Shown here: piece after piece, positions 20,657 through 32,337 of the stretch
Layout: the number at the start of each line of letters is the position of its first letter
Numbering within the stretch: the stretch's first letter is position 1
Assembly: GCA_017519885.1 (NCBI GenBank)
Contig: JAFWRO010000007.1
Span: forward strand, 39,815 to 103,814
Direction of reading: 5' to 3'
Length of the DNA: 64,000 nt
DNA from: Bacteroidales bacterium
GTDB taxonomy: Bacteria; Bacteroidota; Bacteroidia; Bacteroidales; UBA3663
Translations under genes and position numbers: made by a program
The notes under the pieces: generated by a model
What the model was told of the DNA's origin: nothing
Databases searched by the model: none
What the model saw: only the letters and a program-made list of their open reading frames with translations

Positions 20657-23089
20657 CTATTCTTCAATCCTATTTTGCTTAAGGATGCGAACGGGGCCAA
20701 TCAGTCCACTGCGTAAGAGCGATGAATGAGGGTTGAAGAACTTGAAATCGCTGAACGTATAGCGACGTGTGGGACGCGACTCGTGGTTTGCCAGCCATTC
20801 GGGAATCTCTTCAAGATAGCAGCCTACAGCAGGCTTGTCGGGTGAATAAGTATAGACTAGGGGTTCGCTCCAATGGGCGTCGTCGGGTTCCTGTTCGTCG
20901 CCGATCATTCGGTTTGCCCAAAGGTTGGTGATGCGTATTTCTATGTTGTTAGTTCCCTTGTGAAGCATTCCTGTGACATCTACTTGGTAGGGCGCCATCC
21001 AGACGACCCCACCACAAGGTATTCCGTTGACCGATACTTCGGCAATGTTCTTCATTTCGCCCAAATCGAGAACGAACGAACAGTTTTCGGTGTCCTTCAG
21101 AAACTTTCGGTCGATATTGATGGAGGTGCGATAGGTGGCCGTGCCTGAAAAATATCGGATACCAGCATCAGAATGCTCGGTCCACGAGATGAGGCTATCG
21201 AGCTTGATTTCAGTTGGTGCGCCCCAACCCGCAGGGAAGTTGATGGTCCATGAAGTATTGACGTTTCGGCTGTCGAGTGTTTCCTGCCGATGGAATTTGA
21301 TGCCGGGTCCTGTCGAGTTAGCCTGCTTTCTTAATAGAATAAAGGTAGAGGCATATGGCGACAGTTCGAGGGCAATTTGTGTTTGTCCGTCGAGTTGTTC
21401 CCAATCTGCTTCGCGTATTGAGCCATCGGTAGCATTCCATAACTCGGGTATGCGCCCAGTGGTAGAGAGTATCACCTTTTGTCGAACATCAGTGTTCTGC
21501 TGATTGCAGACGAAGAAGATATCGGCTTCCTCGCAGCGGCGATGGAGCCAAAGAATGGAGTCAGAAGAATTGGAGAAAGAGAGCTCGCAGTCGGTCATTC
21601 CCGTTACGTCTCTACCACGCTGCAACAGGCTTTGGCAACGCCCAAGATAAGCAAAGAAGGCCTTGCCGGCATTGTCCCACCACGTCTGGCCTATCGAGAA
21701 CTGTGTGCCCCATTTTCCGAACGACATACCCGGTTTGACATCAAGCCAGGGATTCTGTGCTCCGGCATGCAGCATCAGCATGTTGACGCCTTGGGCAAAG
21801 GCACGATCGGCGATGGGTTTGAGTGCGGCAGGATCGTCCTGCCAGGCTGTGAGCGGCCAGCAAGTGAAGCCCTCGCCATAGAGGTACTGGCGTCCTTGCC
21901 TACGTACGATGTCTCCCAGCTTTCGGACGCTGCCACCTCCCCAATGGCTGGGACGTGTCCAGAACTCGGCGCAAAGGAGTATGTTGTGGTCCATCCGCTC
22001 GCATACCATCTCGGTATTTAATGGAGCACCATATGGTTGGATGAGGAGTTGCATACCTGGCGTCTGTTCGGTCAGTTCCTTCATGTGGAGGTAGTAATGC
22101 TCGGTAAAAAGTTCTTCGATGGTGGTCTGCCAATCGCGCTTGAATGGCTTGGCCAGGGAGTCGGGCAGGGAGTATCCAGCCAGGCTTGGAAGCCACGGGG
22201 TGAGGTCGTAATGCCGACGCGAGAGGAACTCTTCACGCATCAGAGGTGTCCAGTCCTGAGGCCCTGCTTCGTAACTGTCGATCTCCAGGCGGCAGAAGGT
22301 TCGTCCTGCCAACGTGTCGGCCAGTTGCAGCAAAAGGGAGGGATAGGACTGCCAGAAATGATCGACCGCTTCACGGCTCATCTTGTCACATTCCAATCCA
22401 CTGCCCGATGGAGGTGCCTGGCTGGCATTGGTCTTGCCACTGCTGCAATGACCTATGCGCAGGATTGTCCAATCACCTTGGGGCACTTCCCACGTCAATG
22501 AGTTGGCAAGGGTGTCGAAGAATGCTGTGAGGTCAATCACTTCGGCAGGGTTGTAGGGATAGACGTTAGGGAAGGCCAAGATAGCGATGTCGGCATAATA
22601 GCCTGTCTCCAAGGGTCGGGTTAGACTGATGCTTTGCGTCCGACGCTTGCGTTCACCTCGCACTTGTGCTGTGGTCCAGATGAGGCGCTGCATGGAATAT
22701 TCGGGTCTTACGGAAGGATGGGCCGATGAAGACCAACCCGGGCAATTGTGAGTGCCGAATGAAAGTCCCAGTCGGGCACATTCGTTGATGGCGTGGTGCA
22801 TCAGACTGCACCATTTCTCATTACCTATCAGTACTGTCGAGTCGCCCAGATGTGTTTGTATCTGGCCTCCGATCTGGAAATTCTGCACACCTCCCAGTCC
22901 TGCCTCCCGATAGGCTTCCAGATCATGGGTGATGCCTTCCCGACTCACTACGCCATTCATCCATTGCCAAATAATGATGGGGCGCATAGACATCGGCGGC
23001 TGCTGGAAATCGCTGACGAGGTCTCCAGCCGAAACCATACTAGTTGTCAATCCAAGAAAAAGTGCTACGATAGTTCTTTTCATTGTCAT
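20657..23089 (-). CDS. Glycoside hydrolase, GH106-like (alpha-L-rhamnosidase-type architecture)
   Basis: 810 aa with a signal peptide. The N-terminal block is [36 protein letters not shown], and the C-terminus looks like a galactose-binding domain ([16 protein letters not shown]). It is a paralogue of 48850..51315. Confidence 0.6.
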   Translation of the reverse strand: MTMKRTIVALFLGLTTSMVSAGDLVSDFQQPPMSMRPIIIWQWMNGVVSREGITHDLEAYREAGLGGVQNFQIGGQIQTHLGDSTVLIGNEKWCSLMHHAINECARLGLSFGTHNCPGWSSSAHPSVRPEYSMQRLIWTTAQVRGERKRRTQSISLTRPLETGYYADIAILAFPNVYPYNPAEVIDLTAFFDTLANSLTWEVPQGDWTILRIGHCSSGKTNASQAPPSGSGLECDKMSREAVDHFWQSYPSLLLQLADTLAGRTFCRLEIDSYEAGPQDWTPLMREEFLSRRHYDLTPWLPSLAGYSLPDSLAKPFKRDWQTTIEELFTEHYYLHMKELTEQTPGMQLLIQPYGAPLNTEMVCERMDHNILLCAEFWTRPSHWGGGSVRKLGDIVRRQGRQYLYGEGFTCWPLTAWQDDPAALKPIADRAFAQGVNMLMLHAGAQNPWLDVKPGMSFGKWGTQFSIGQTWWDNAGKAFFAYLGRCQSLLQRGRDVTGMTDCELSFSNSSDSILWLHRRCEEADIFFVCNQQNTDVRQKVILSTTGRIPELWNATDGSIREADWEQLDGQTQIALELSPYASTFILLRKQANSTGPGIKFHRQETLDSRNVNTSWTINFPAGWGAPTEIKLDSLISWTEHSDAGIRYFSGTATYRTSINIDRKFLKDTENCSFVLDLGEMKNIAEVSVNGIPCGGVVWMAPYQVDVTGMLHKGTNNIEIRITNLWANRMIGDEQEPDDAHWSEPLVYTYSPDKPAVGCYLEEIPEWLANHESRPTRRYTFSDFKFFNPHSSLLRSGLIGPVRILKQNRIEE

Positions 23090-23101
23090 TTAGGTGTTAT
23101 T

Positions 23102-25951
23102 TCATTGCTTCAATTCGATTCGGAGTCTGCCTGCAAAATGCTGGTTGCTATGTGTCTGTTCGAAAAATTCATCTGCGGCTCGCCCTTTCTCCGGGCGAGG
23201 ATAAATGGTCGAGACAAGATGTAGGACATCGGCCATCATGGCTTCGTGCTCAAGATAGCCATCGTAGACAAACGACAAGCAATATGAGTCGTAAATGCAA
23301 TCGACCCGTTCGACCTTCTTCGTCCCTGTCAGTTGGCGAGCATCTGTTTCCCAATAACCCAAGATGGAGGCAGCGCACCGGTTGGAATAGGCATCGTAGG
23401 GACCTTGTCCCAACCAATTGAGACGAGTCAATGAAGGATTCACGTTGATGGTCAAGCCAACATGCGGCAGGTCGTTGACTTCGACCGAGGGATCGATTGA
23501 GTAGGAAATGGTGAGGCTGCCATCGGTCGAGATGACGTAGCTGTAATGCGCCTTGAAGCGATTGTTCGCATCGACCAAACATTCCACATCGGCTTCGATC
23601 TCATAACCATCAGCCGTCGGTCGGACATTCCATGCCTTCACATAACTTTCGAACAGATTGAGGTCGGGACACGTCTTTGGCCGACCTTTCATCGAAAGTG
23701 TTTCACTGCTGTCGAGGGTGCGCCAAAGGGTAGGGCGTAGATGCTGTGCCAAAGAAAAGTCATCGTGGACGATAGCATCCAACAGTCCTGAGCGTGCATC
23801 GAAGCGATAGGTGAGTTTGCCCACTGTAAACTCCTCCTTGATTCCTTTTGTATGGGAGACTGGGTGTGCGTTCGGCGTTGACACGCCGAGGCCCTTCGGA
23901 ATGAGTCGGATGGCGTGTCGGGCTATATCGTGCCCTGCTGCATCTCTGATGGTGAGCCAAACGTAGTGGCAAAGGCCTTGAGTGGGATGTTCGATTGCAT
24001 CGAGCGGAAGAGAAAAAACAGCAGAAGTATGCGGCTTCCCATCGATGCATCCTATGCCTTTTGTCAGTTCATGCCCTTCGCAGAAGATCTGCCACTCTAT
24101 CTTGAACTGATTCAGGTCGGTGAAGTCGTAGTCATTCTGGAGTAGAATCCTTGCAGTTTCCTCACCCGGGATAAACTCCAAGGATGACGCAAGCGGATAA
24201 ATGGGCGCATAGACGGCCTTGGTTTCGTAATAGTCGTCGGTAGGATTGCGATAGGAATCGACAATGCCATCCCAACCTCGTGAATCGATGCGCAGATAGG
24301 GGTCGTCGCCCGTCATCTCATTGGCAGGCTCCTTTCTAGGAGTAGGGGCAGCCACCCCCTGGTCGGCCCACATCCAGACGGCAGCTCCTGCACCTGATGG
24401 ATAGCGAGTGAGTGCGTGCCAGCGTTCGGCTAGTCCTCCGAACCCCTTGGTACCGTATGCATGCGTATATTCGGTGGAGATAATCGGACGGCTGGAATGG
24501 GCTGCAAGTTGCTCGTAGAGTCCAGGTGTCCAGTAATGGACCGACAACAAGTCAACCTCTTCGGGCAGCGTTTCCTCGAAGCGCCATGGAATGAGCACTG
24601 GCCGCGTGGGATCGATGCCTTTAGCAAGTCGGATGCAGGCAAGATGCATCTGCGTCAGCGGGTCCTCGTTGCCAACCGACCAGTAGATGACCGAAGCGTT
24701 GTTGCGGTCACGGCTGACGGTTTCGTAGGTGCGTTGAAGTGCACCGTCGATGTGTGAAGGCTGGTAGAAGTAGTCGTTGCCGCCCCCAATGCCTACTTCG
24801 GCACCCACATACATGCCGATGGAATCGCACATCTCGATGAATCCCTTGGCATGCTGATAGTGACAGAGGCGCAGGTAATTGATGTTAGCCTCCTTCATCA
24901 TAGTGAGGTCATGAAGCCAGTGCTGGCGCGTGGTGGCACGGCCTACGGTCGGCCATTCATCATGGCGGTTGACTCCTCTCAGTTTCACGGCCTGACCGTT
25001 GATGCGCAAAACACCTCCATCGGTTTCGATTTCTCGGAATCCGATTTTTTGATGCCAGCGATGACTGATCTTGCCGTCTTCTACCAGGCAGATCGATAGA
25101 TCATAGAGATTCGGGGTTTCGGCATTCCAAAGTTGTGGATGCTCGATGTGGTACTGCAGATGTACCTCCTTGCCTGTATATGCATGGCTTTCGACTTCAA
25201 CGTTTCTATTCAAGATTGTCTTTCCTTCCTTGTCGATGAGCGAGACGCTGAGTGTATAGGGATGTCCTCCGTTGGGCCTGTAGATTTGTACGTTGTGAGG
25301 ATTCTGCTGATCGGCCACGAGGACACGGATGTCCAGATTGGCATTGACGTACTGTTGGTCGAGGTCGGTGGTGACACTGACATCCTCGATCCATCTTCCC
25401 TTGGGTAGCACGAAGAGCTTCACATCACGATAAATTCCTCCCAGAGACCAGTCGTCGTTGGTGTCGAAGCGATAGTCTCGGCTTGCCTGTATCACCTTTA
25501 CGGCAAGCAGATTCTCCTCACCTGCCTTGATGGCTCGGGTCACATCCATACGGAAGGTGGTGAACCCGCCTTCGTGACGGTCGATGTAGTTTCCGTTCAG
25601 CCATACTTCACACGCAGACCACACACCGCCAAACTCCAACTGATAGCGTCGGTCGGAAGTCGTGGAGGGCACTCGGAACGTATGTCGATAGAAACCTATA
25701 CTGGCCGAATCTCCCTTGAAGCCTTGATAAACGGGTTCCTCAAAACCTTCGATGGCCCAGCAGGAGGGAACAGAAATCGGGCTGAAGTCGTTCGTCTCGA
25801 AATCGACCCTATGGAAATCGGTGAGGGTCTGGGCTTCGACGCTGGTCGGGGCAAGACGGAACTGCCATGTCCCGTTTAGATTCAATGTGTCTTGAGCATG
25901 GGCATAAGCCGTGAGAGCCAACAGTGCTACGAGGCAAATGGGTCGTTTCAT
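23102..25951 (-). CDS. Glycoside hydrolase family 2 (beta-galactosidase/beta-glucuronidase type)
   Basis: 949 aa. LNGTWQF, WSLGGIYRDVKL, RGVNRHDEWP, ANINYLRLCHY and VIYWSVGNE are typical GH2 blocks. Confidence 0.85.
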   Translation of the reverse strand: MKRPICLVALLALTAYAHAQDTLNLNGTWQFRLAPTSVEAQTLTDFHRVDFETNDFSPISVPSCWAIEGFEEPVYQGFKGDSASIGFYRHTFRVPSTTSDRRYQLEFGGVWSACEVWLNGNYIDRHEGGFTTFRMDVTRAIKAGEENLLAVKVIQASRDYRFDTNDDWSLGGIYRDVKLFVLPKGRWIEDVSVTTDLDQQYVNANLDIRVLVADQQNPHNVQIYRPNGGHPYTLSVSLIDKEGKTILNRNVEVESHAYTGKEVHLQYHIEHPQLWNAETPNLYDLSICLVEDGKISHRWHQKIGFREIETDGGVLRINGQAVKLRGVNRHDEWPTVGRATTRQHWLHDLTMMKEANINYLRLCHYQHAKGFIEMCDSIGMYVGAEVGIGGGNDYFYQPSHIDGALQRTYETVSRDRNNASVIYWSVGNEDPLTQMHLACIRLAKGIDPTRPVLIPWRFEETLPEEVDLLSVHYWTPGLYEQLAAHSSRPIISTEYTHAYGTKGFGGLAERWHALTRYPSGAGAAVWMWADQGVAAPTPRKEPANEMTGDDPYLRIDSRGWDGIVDSYRNPTDDYYETKAVYAPIYPLASSLEFIPGEETARILLQNDYDFTDLNQFKIEWQIFCEGHELTKGIGCIDGKPHTSAVFSLPLDAIEHPTQGLCHYVWLTIRDAAGHDIARHAIRLIPKGLGVSTPNAHPVSHTKGIKEEFTVGKLTYRFDARSGLLDAIVHDDFSLAQHLRPTLWRTLDSSETLSMKGRPKTCPDLNLFESYVKAWNVRPTADGYEIEADVECLVDANNRFKAHYSYVISTDGSLTISYSIDPSVEVNDLPHVGLTINVNPSLTRLNWLGQGPYDAYSNRCAASILGYWETDARQLTGTKKVERVDCIYDSYCLSFVYDGYLEHEAMMADVLHLVSTIYPRPEKGRAADEFFEQTHSNQHFAGRLRIELKQ

Positions 25952-25960
25952 ATTGTTTGT

Positions 25961-27289
25961 CTATTTGATATTCACATTGCTGTGTTCGAAGTGCTCCACA
26001 AGCGACGTGTTGAAACTCGCATCTTTAAGTGCCGTAATCTCAAGGTCGCGAAAGATGAAGTTCGACAATTTGTATTGGTCGGGCTGGGGTGTGACATTGA
26101 AGAACTGATTGCATTGGATTTTACAGTCGGTCATCCGGATGTGGTCGGCATATGACATCGGTACGTCGGGGCGGTCCTTCAGGTCGTAGAACTGTGTCCA
26201 AGGACGCAGATAGATGAAGTTGTGGACATCACCTTCGCAGCGTTCCACGGTGATGTATTCGTATAGTTGTGGCGTGTCGGGCCTCATCTTCAACCAAAGC
26301 AGGTTGAATGCATCGGTGACGTGGATATTACGCATCACGATATTGCGGTTGTGCACCGATTCACTACCCATGGTGAGGCAGCTGTGGCAGAAGCCGTAGG
26401 TGCAGTTCTCAATGAGTACATTCTCGTTCATGCCATTGCCTACACTCTTTTCTGGATTGTCGGCCCAGGGACCTTTACCGCCTTTCATCGATACAGCATC
26501 GTCGTTGACCGACATGTAGCAGTCGCGTATCAGTACGTCCTTGACCACATCGAGGTCGATGGCATCTGTTGAGGGGCCTTTGCTATCGTCGGGCTTGTCA
26601 AGGCTGTAGATCTTCAATCCAACGAGCTTTAGTCGGTTGCAGCGATAGAAGTGGGTAGTCCAATAGGGGCTGTTCTGCAGCCGGACACCCTCGATCTGCA
26701 CATCGTTGCTGTTGGAAACATAGAGGAGTCGCGGTCGTTGTTCGTCCTTGTTAAGACATTTACGGTTCCATTGTCTCCTGAGCCAGAATGCCTGGTGGTA
26801 TCGTAGTCCATTGCCATCGATGGTGCCTTGGCCCGAGATGGTGAATCCATCCACACCATCGGCATTGATCAGGGCACCGAAATAGAGGCAGGTCTCGCCC
26901 TCGATGCGAGTGGTGTCGAGTCGATAGTCGCCGATGAAGTCGCTACCCTGCAGCACTGCACCTTCACGCAGATGCAGATGTGTGCCAGGTCGGAAGTAGA
27001 GTCCGCCTGTCAGATAAACTCCAGCAGGCACGACGATGACACCTCCACCTCGCTCGGCTGCCGTATCGATGAGTGCCTGAATCTCATGAGTATGGAGTCT
27101 GCCGTCGGCAAAGATGCCGTGGTCGGAGAGCAGATACTGCGTGCCGAGATCCTCCAGCTTGACCGGCTTGACCTCATGGAACCACTCGGTGATCTCCTGT
27201 CCGTCGGGGAAGTATTCCTTGGCTGACGCTCTGAAACTCAAGGAGGTGACACTTAAAAGTGAAAAAAGAAAGATAATCTTTTTCATCAT
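25961..27289 (-). CDS. Glycoside hydrolase family 28 (rhamnogalacturonase-like)
   Basis: ORF 25961..27343, trimmed to MMKKIIFLFSLLSVTSL. It has STDAIDLD, VNDDAVSMKGG and TMGSES beta-helix motifs. Confidence 0.8.
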   Translation of the reverse strand: MMKKIIFLFSLLSVTSLSFRASAKEYFPDGQEITEWFHEVKPVKLEDLGTQYLLSDHGIFADGRLHTHEIQALIDTAAERGGGVIVVPAGVYLTGGLYFRPGTHLHLREGAVLQGSDFIGDYRLDTTRIEGETCLYFGALINADGVDGFTISGQGTIDGNGLRYHQAFWLRRQWNRKCLNKDEQRPRLLYVSNSNDVQIEGVRLQNSPYWTTHFYRCNRLKLVGLKIYSLDKPDDSKGPSTDAIDLDVVKDVLIRDCYMSVNDDAVSMKGGKGPWADNPEKSVGNGMNENVLIENCTYGFCHSCLTMGSESVHNRNIVMRNIHVTDAFNLLWLKMRPDTPQLYEYITVERCEGDVHNFIYLRPWTQFYDLKDRPDVPMSYADHIRMTDCKIQCNQFFNVTPQPDQYKLSNFIFRDLEITALKDASFNTSLVEHFEHSNVNIK

Positions 27290-27367
27290 GGAACTGATTC
27301 TGAAAAGGGGATAACATAAAGCTATCCCCCTCCATACACACATATTAACTTAACTAACCAAAACTAA

Positions 27368-28855
27368 TCAATAACCGGGATTTTGAGTGATATTCGGATT
27401 CTCGTCAATGACACTCTGAGGCACAGGGTACAAAGCCATATGGCTCTCGGGGAACTTGTTCTGCTCGGCAACGGCCGAAACGAACTTGCCATGACGAATG
27501 AGGTCATCGCGGCGAACGCCTTCGCAATAGAGTTCGCGTCCACGTTCGTCAAGAAGGAAGTCGTTGAGGCTCTCCTTGGTGAAGTCGGCAGCGTTGATTT
27601 CTGAAACGCCGGCGCGACGACGAATCTGGTTGACCAGTTCTACGCATTCGGCTGTCGGGCCATTGAGCTGGTTCATAGCTTCGGCCTTTGAGAGCAGTAC
27701 ATCGGCATAACGGAGCAGCATCACGTCGTTGCCCTGATTGGCACCTACCTGGTCGGGATCTTCGCTGTACTTCATCGGGCAGGCACCAGTCTGCTTGGCG
27801 TGAACCACCTGACGGAAGTCCACATAGTTGCCATCGACATCATAATAGTAGCGTACGATGCCATTCAGACGTTCGTCGTTGGCCTCGAATTTGTCGTAGA
27901 ATTCCCAGGGCATGTGCAGACCGCCCGAGATGCCGCTGATGCTGGAATTCTGAGCTTTGAAAAGTGGTGAAGAGGGAAGTATGACTGAGAACCAAGTCCA
28001 GGCGAAGCTGGTGTTTGAAACGATGCGACCTATGGTCAGGATGGCTTCGGTGTTGGAGTTGTTTTCGTTCGAGATGTCAAATACGTCGGTATATTTCGGC
28101 ATCAGGGAGTATTGCCTGAGGGCGATGATCTTGTCGCAGACGTTGTTGGCATCTGACCAACGCTTCTCGTTCAAATAGACCTTCATCAGCAAGGCGAGAG
28201 CAGCGCCGCGTGTGATTCGGCCCCAATTCTGGTTGCTCACTTCGACGTCGAGATCCTCGTAGGACGAGAGGATGTCTTCTTCCATCCAGCTCACGTACTC
28301 GCTGGCAGATGGGCGCGAAGGATTCCATTCGGCATTAACGTTGGTGGCCACCTCAGGATCGCGTGCAACAGGCATAGGGCCAACGAGCGAATAAATTTGC
28401 TGCATAAAGAATACTCGGAGTGCCTTCAGTTCGGCGATATACTGCCGCTTGGTCTTTTCGTTGAGCGTTGTTGAACTCTCTACCGAAGCAATGATCTTCG
28501 AGGCTTTGGTGACGCCTTTCTGATAAGCTGTATAGCAAGTCTTGATGGGGTTGTCGTTGGCAGTCCAGATGTAGGTATCGTACTTTATCCAAGGATTGCT
28601 GGTCCAGCCGGTGTTCAGTTCGTCGGTCGATAATTCCTGTGCGATGAAGCCTGAATTGTTGAGCCACTGATAGATATAGCTGTTGCCCAAGGTGTTATAG
28701 ACACCGATGAGTGAGGAATAGAGGTCTTCGTTCGATTGCGGGAAGTTGTCGGAATCTATATATGTATAGTTCTCGTAGTCAAGATCTGTGCAACTGGTCG
28801 TCAGCGTGAGGGCAAGGCCAAGTGCCATGAAGTATTTGGTGATTATCTGTTTCAT
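27368..28855 (-). CDS. SusD/RagB-family outer-membrane nutrient-binding lipoprotein
   Basis: 495 aa with lipoprotein signal LTLTTSC. The C-terminal block is LLRYADVLLSKAEA...R.ELYCEGVRRDDLIR. It lies directly downstream of the SusC-like gene. Confidence 0.9.
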   Translation of the reverse strand: MKQIITKYFMALGLALTLTTSCTDLDYENYTYIDSDNFPQSNEDLYSSLIGVYNTLGNSYIYQWLNNSGFIAQELSTDELNTGWTSNPWIKYDTYIWTANDNPIKTCYTAYQKGVTKASKIIASVESSTTLNEKTKRQYIAELKALRVFFMQQIYSLVGPMPVARDPEVATNVNAEWNPSRPSASEYVSWMEEDILSSYEDLDVEVSNQNWGRITRGAALALLMKVYLNEKRWSDANNVCDKIIALRQYSLMPKYTDVFDISNENNSNTEAILTIGRIVSNTSFAWTWFSVILPSSPLFKAQNSSISGISGGLHMPWEFYDKFEANDERLNGIVRYYYDVDGNYVDFRQVVHAKQTGACPMKYSEDPDQVGANQGNDVMLLRYADVLLSKAEAMNQLNGPTAECVELVNQIRRRAGVSEINAADFTKESLNDFLLDERGRELYCEGVRRDDLIRHGKFVSAVAEQNKFPESHMALYPVPQSVIDENPNITQNPGY

Positions 28856-28884
28856 AATGCTGTCTTTTTGGTGGAAATCATTGA

Positions 28885-31800
28885 TTAGAATGTGATGTCA
28901 AGACCCAGAGAGAAGGTACGCTGGTTGGGGTAGGCAGCAAAGCTGTCGGTCTCAGGATCTGTGCCAGTATAGTTAGTGATGCAGAATAGGTTTTGAGCAT
29001 CGAAATAGAGACGGCATCGTGAAATGCCACGGATCTTGCCTTGTGGCAGCGTGTAGCCGAGAGTCAGGTGCTTGAGGCGAACGAAGTCAGCATCTTCTAC
29101 CCAGAAGTCGGATGCACTTTCCCACTTGGTGTAGAAACCATTGGGATATTTGCCATTGGGATTGGATGAAGTCCAGATGTCACGTGTATCGGTCGAGATA
29201 TTGTCGAGATAGTTGAGACGATCAGGCTTGAGGAACTGTTGGCGCGTGTAGTTGTAGCGCTCCTGTCCTAAGGCGCCATAGAAGAAGAGCGTGAGGTCGA
29301 AGTCCTTGTAGGTGATGGTGTTGCCGAAGCCAAGGGTGAGTTCTGGCGCTGAGTCGCAGATGATAGTTTTGTCGTTGTCGTCAATCTTGTTGTCGCCATT
29401 CAGGTCAATCACCTTGATCGAACCAGGCACAGCACTGGCATCCCAAGCTACAGTCTCGCCTGCCTGAATCAGACCGTCGGTCTTGTAACCCCAAGTGATG
29501 TGGAGAGGGTCGGTGTCGCCTTGATACACAGCCAGAATGGTGTAAGGGTTGCGTGTCTTCCAGCGATCCTTGTAGTGCGAGAGGGTGAGGTCGGTGCTCC
29601 AGGTGAAATCTTTCTTGACGATGTTTTGTGTCGAAAGCTGGAACTCTACGCCTGTGCTTTGAGTAGAGCCAAGGTTGTCGGCAACACTTGAAACAGGATA
29701 GTAGGAACCTACGCTGCGCGAATCGAGCAGGTCGTCGATGACCTTGTGGAAGTATTCGAAGCTGCCGGTAATACGGTTGTGGAAGAAGCCGAAATCAAGG
29801 CCTACGTTATATTCAGTTGTAGTTTCCCACTTGAGATTTGGGTTGGATAGCTGCGACTCGGAGGTGCCGGTAACAAGTGATCCGCCGATTACGGCATTGG
29901 TTCCCGAACGGTAGTATCCATAGGCATTGCCACCGATCTCAGCATTACCTGTTTGGCCGAGGCTCAGGCGGAGCTTGAGGTTAGAGATCCAGTTGATGTC
30001 CTTTACCCATTCCTCCTCGGAGATACGCCAAGCGATGGCTCCCGAAGGGAAGATACCGTACTTGTGGTTGTCACCGAACTTGTCGGAACCATCGGCACGA
30101 AGTGTGAAGTTGAAGAGGTAGCGATCCTTTAGGTCATAGTTGATTCGTCCGAACCAGGAAACATATTTCGAGATACTTAGCGAACTGCCCACTTTCTTTG
30201 TGAGGTCGCCACCGCCACCGAGGTTATATACATTAGATATGTCGGAGAGGAAGTCTGAGTTGGCAGCCATGAAGTAGTCCGACTCATATTTCTGATAGGC
30301 ATAGCCTGCCATAACCTTGATGGCATGTATCTTGGCCAATGTCTTGCTATAGGTCAGCGTGGCATCGAGCAGATAGTCGTTTCGTGTGGTCTGCGAGATG
30401 GTGGCAGAAGAGTTGCTCTGCATGCCCGTGAATGTTGTCTTTGGATAATATTCGTCACGACGGGTTTCGCCATAGTTCCAGCCCCAGCTTACGCGAGCCA
30501 AAAGGTCGGGAGTGATCTGGAAGTTCCAGTAGTTGCTGATGAGCAGACGTGTGTTCTTTCTGCGATTGGTAACCTCGTTGAGCGACAAGGGGTTGTTACC
30601 ACCATGATTGGGGTTGAGGGTGTAATTGCCATCTGCATCGTAGGGCTGCAGATAGTTGGGGAACATGATGATTGAGTTGATGATGCTCAGATTGTCGCTA
30701 TTTGACGATTCCTGCAGCAGGTCAAAGAGAGCGCGGGTGCCCGATGCTGTCACGCCGGTAGAGATATATTTGTTGAATGTGTAGTCCATATTAAAGCGTG
30801 CCATGAACTTCTGCTTTCCGCTGTTCTCGATCACACCTTTCTGATTATAGTGGCCCAATGAGAGCAGGTAATGCATCTTCTCGCTTCCACCGCTTATCGA
30901 GAGATTCTCTTCGTTGATCACACCTGTGCGAGTCATCTGGTCCCAATAGTCAGTGTTGACGGCACTAGCGATATCGGCATCACTGAAAGGGTAGGTTGGA
31001 GTAGAGGTGATGGTACTTGGATCGACAGTACCGTAAGGGGCAATCTTGTTGCTGTAGAGCCATTTCTCATAATAATAGTTGTTGGCAAGCTGCATATATT
31101 CCTTGGCATCCACGATGTCATAGGGATTTTCGATGGATTGCAGCGAACCGCTCAACTTAAGGTTGACTATGGCTTTTCCTTCCTTGCCCTTCTTGGTGGT
31201 GACGAGGATAACGCCGTTGGCTGCACGGGCACCATAAATGGAGGTAGATGATGCATCCTTGAGCACTTCGACCGACTCGATATCGCTCGGGTTGACAGTG
31301 CTGATGTCACCTCCAGGGAAACCATCGATGACGTAGAGCGGAGTATTGCCTGCACCCGTAGAGGCTTGTCCTCGGATCACCATCGAATAGCCTCCATCGG
31401 GAGAAGCAGAGGTTTGTGAGATGTCGAGACCAGCGACACGCCCCATCAGGATGTTCGAGACGTCGGTGGTTGCAACTTTTTCGACCTTGTCCATCTTGAC
31501 GCTGGCTACGGCACCGGTAAGGTTGGATTTCTTGACACTGCCATAACCTACGACCACTACGTCATCAAGCAGTTCGGTATCTTCTTCAAGTGTGATCTTG
31601 AGGTCTCCCTTTTTGGCCGAAGTTTCTGCTTGCTGATAACCCAAATAAGAGATTACAAGGGTGGAATTGGGTGCGGCATTGAGTTCGAATCGTCCATTGG
31701 CATCCGTGATGGTACCGACGGTGGTGCCTTTGACGATGACAGTGGCACCGACAATAGGTTCGCCATCGTTGCCGCGTACTACACCCTTGATTGGAGCCTG

Positions 31801-32118
31801 CTGCCCAGAATTGGTGTCCTGGCTGGATTCGCGGTGAATGATGATACGCTTTCCTTGCACCTCGAAGGTGACATTCTGGCCGGTAATAATCTGACTGACG
31901 GCCTCCTTGAGGTCGGTAGCCTTGACGTTCACCACCTTCTTGGTGTCGAGGTCTTCGGTGGAGAAGACGACCGAATATCCAGTCTTCTCCTTGAGCTCGG
32001 TGATGGCTTTTTTGACTGTTACATTTTGGAGGTCGATCGAAACGGCCTGTCCATAGACGCTCATGTTGAAGCACAGCGCAGCTCCGCATATGAGCAAGGT
32101 CTTCAAGTGATTAATCAT
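28885..32118 (-). CDS. SusC-like TonB-dependent transporter with an N-terminal STN signalling domain
   Basis: 1077 aa. An STN-like N-terminus (LQNVTVKKAITELKEKTGYSVVF) is followed by a carboxypeptidase-regulatory-like domain (GVVRGNDGEPIVGATVIVKGT). It also has the TonB box/plug DDVVVVGYGSVKK and the terminal F of a beta-barrel. Confidence 0.92.
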   Translation of the reverse strand: MINHLKTLLICGAALCFNMSVYGQAVSIDLQNVTVKKAITELKEKTGYSVVFSTEDLDTKKVVNVKATDLKEAVSQIITGQNVTFEVQGKRIIIHRESSQDTNSGQQAPIKGVVRGNDGEPIVGATVIVKGTTVGTITDANGRFELNAAPNSTLVISYLGYQQAETSAKKGDLKITLEEDTELLDDVVVVGYGSVKKSNLTGAVASVKMDKVEKVATTDVSNILMGRVAGLDISQTSASPDGGYSMVIRGQASTGAGNTPLYVIDGFPGGDISTVNPSDIESVEVLKDASSTSIYGARAANGVILVTTKKGKEGKAIVNLKLSGSLQSIENPYDIVDAKEYMQLANNYYYEKWLYSNKIAPYGTVDPSTITSTPTYPFSDADIASAVNTDYWDQMTRTGVINEENLSISGGSEKMHYLLSLGHYNQKGVIENSGKQKFMARFNMDYTFNKYISTGVTASGTRALFDLLQESSNSDNLSIINSIIMFPNYLQPYDADGNYTLNPNHGGNNPLSLNEVTNRRKNTRLLISNYWNFQITPDLLARVSWGWNYGETRRDEYYPKTTFTGMQSNSSATISQTTRNDYLLDATLTYSKTLAKIHAIKVMAGYAYQKYESDYFMAANSDFLSDISNVYNLGGGGDLTKKVGSSLSISKYVSWFGRINYDLKDRYLFNFTLRADGSDKFGDNHKYGIFPSGAIAWRISEEEWVKDINWISNLKLRLSLGQTGNAEIGGNAYGYYRSGTNAVIGGSLVTGTSESQLSNPNLKWETTTEYNVGLDFGFFHNRITGSFEYFHKVIDDLLDSRSVGSYYPVSSVADNLGSTQSTGVEFQLSTQNIVKKDFTWSTDLTLSHYKDRWKTRNPYTILAVYQGDTDPLHITWGYKTDGLIQAGETVAWDASAVPGSIKVIDLNGDNKIDDNDKTIICDSAPELTLGFGNTITYKDFDLTLFFYGALGQERYNYTRQQFLKPDRLNYLDNISTDTRDIWTSSNPNGKYPNGFYTKWESASDFWVEDADFVRLKHLTLGYTLPQGKIRGISRCRLYFDAQNLFCITNYTGTDPETDSFAAYPNQRTFSLGLDITF

Positions 32119-32337
32119 AAAGTTTGTTAAATTATTTAAGTAATTTGACCACAGTCCGAGAAAAAGCCATATATTTGCAAAACTTTCTGGATGTGGATTT
32201 CACACTCTCACATTGGCGAAAGATTCTTGTTGGCAGAGGGATGGTCCAGATCTCTCTGCTTTTCGTATCTAATGCCCGATGCTTCTGCTTAAGGACTGGA
32301 TGATGGGTTGGGATGTTTCATGTTTTTGTGTGTTGAA

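Noticed and set aside
15817-27314. Long antisense ORFs inside the glycoside hydrolase genes (15817..16731, 16768..17832, 18151..19152, 21479..22021, 26828..27226 and others).
   Set aside because: They are completely embedded opposite well-supported CAZyme genes. The sequences are H/R/V/L-rich with no domains, which is a typical shadow-ORF artefact.
32170-32177. Plus-strand TATATTTG(CA) box in the susC-fecR spacer.
   Set aside because: It is a perfect -7 match, but it points away from susC and into the antisense of fecR. Only a 27-codon ORF lies downstream. It is probably a fortuitous or antisense promoter and was not called.
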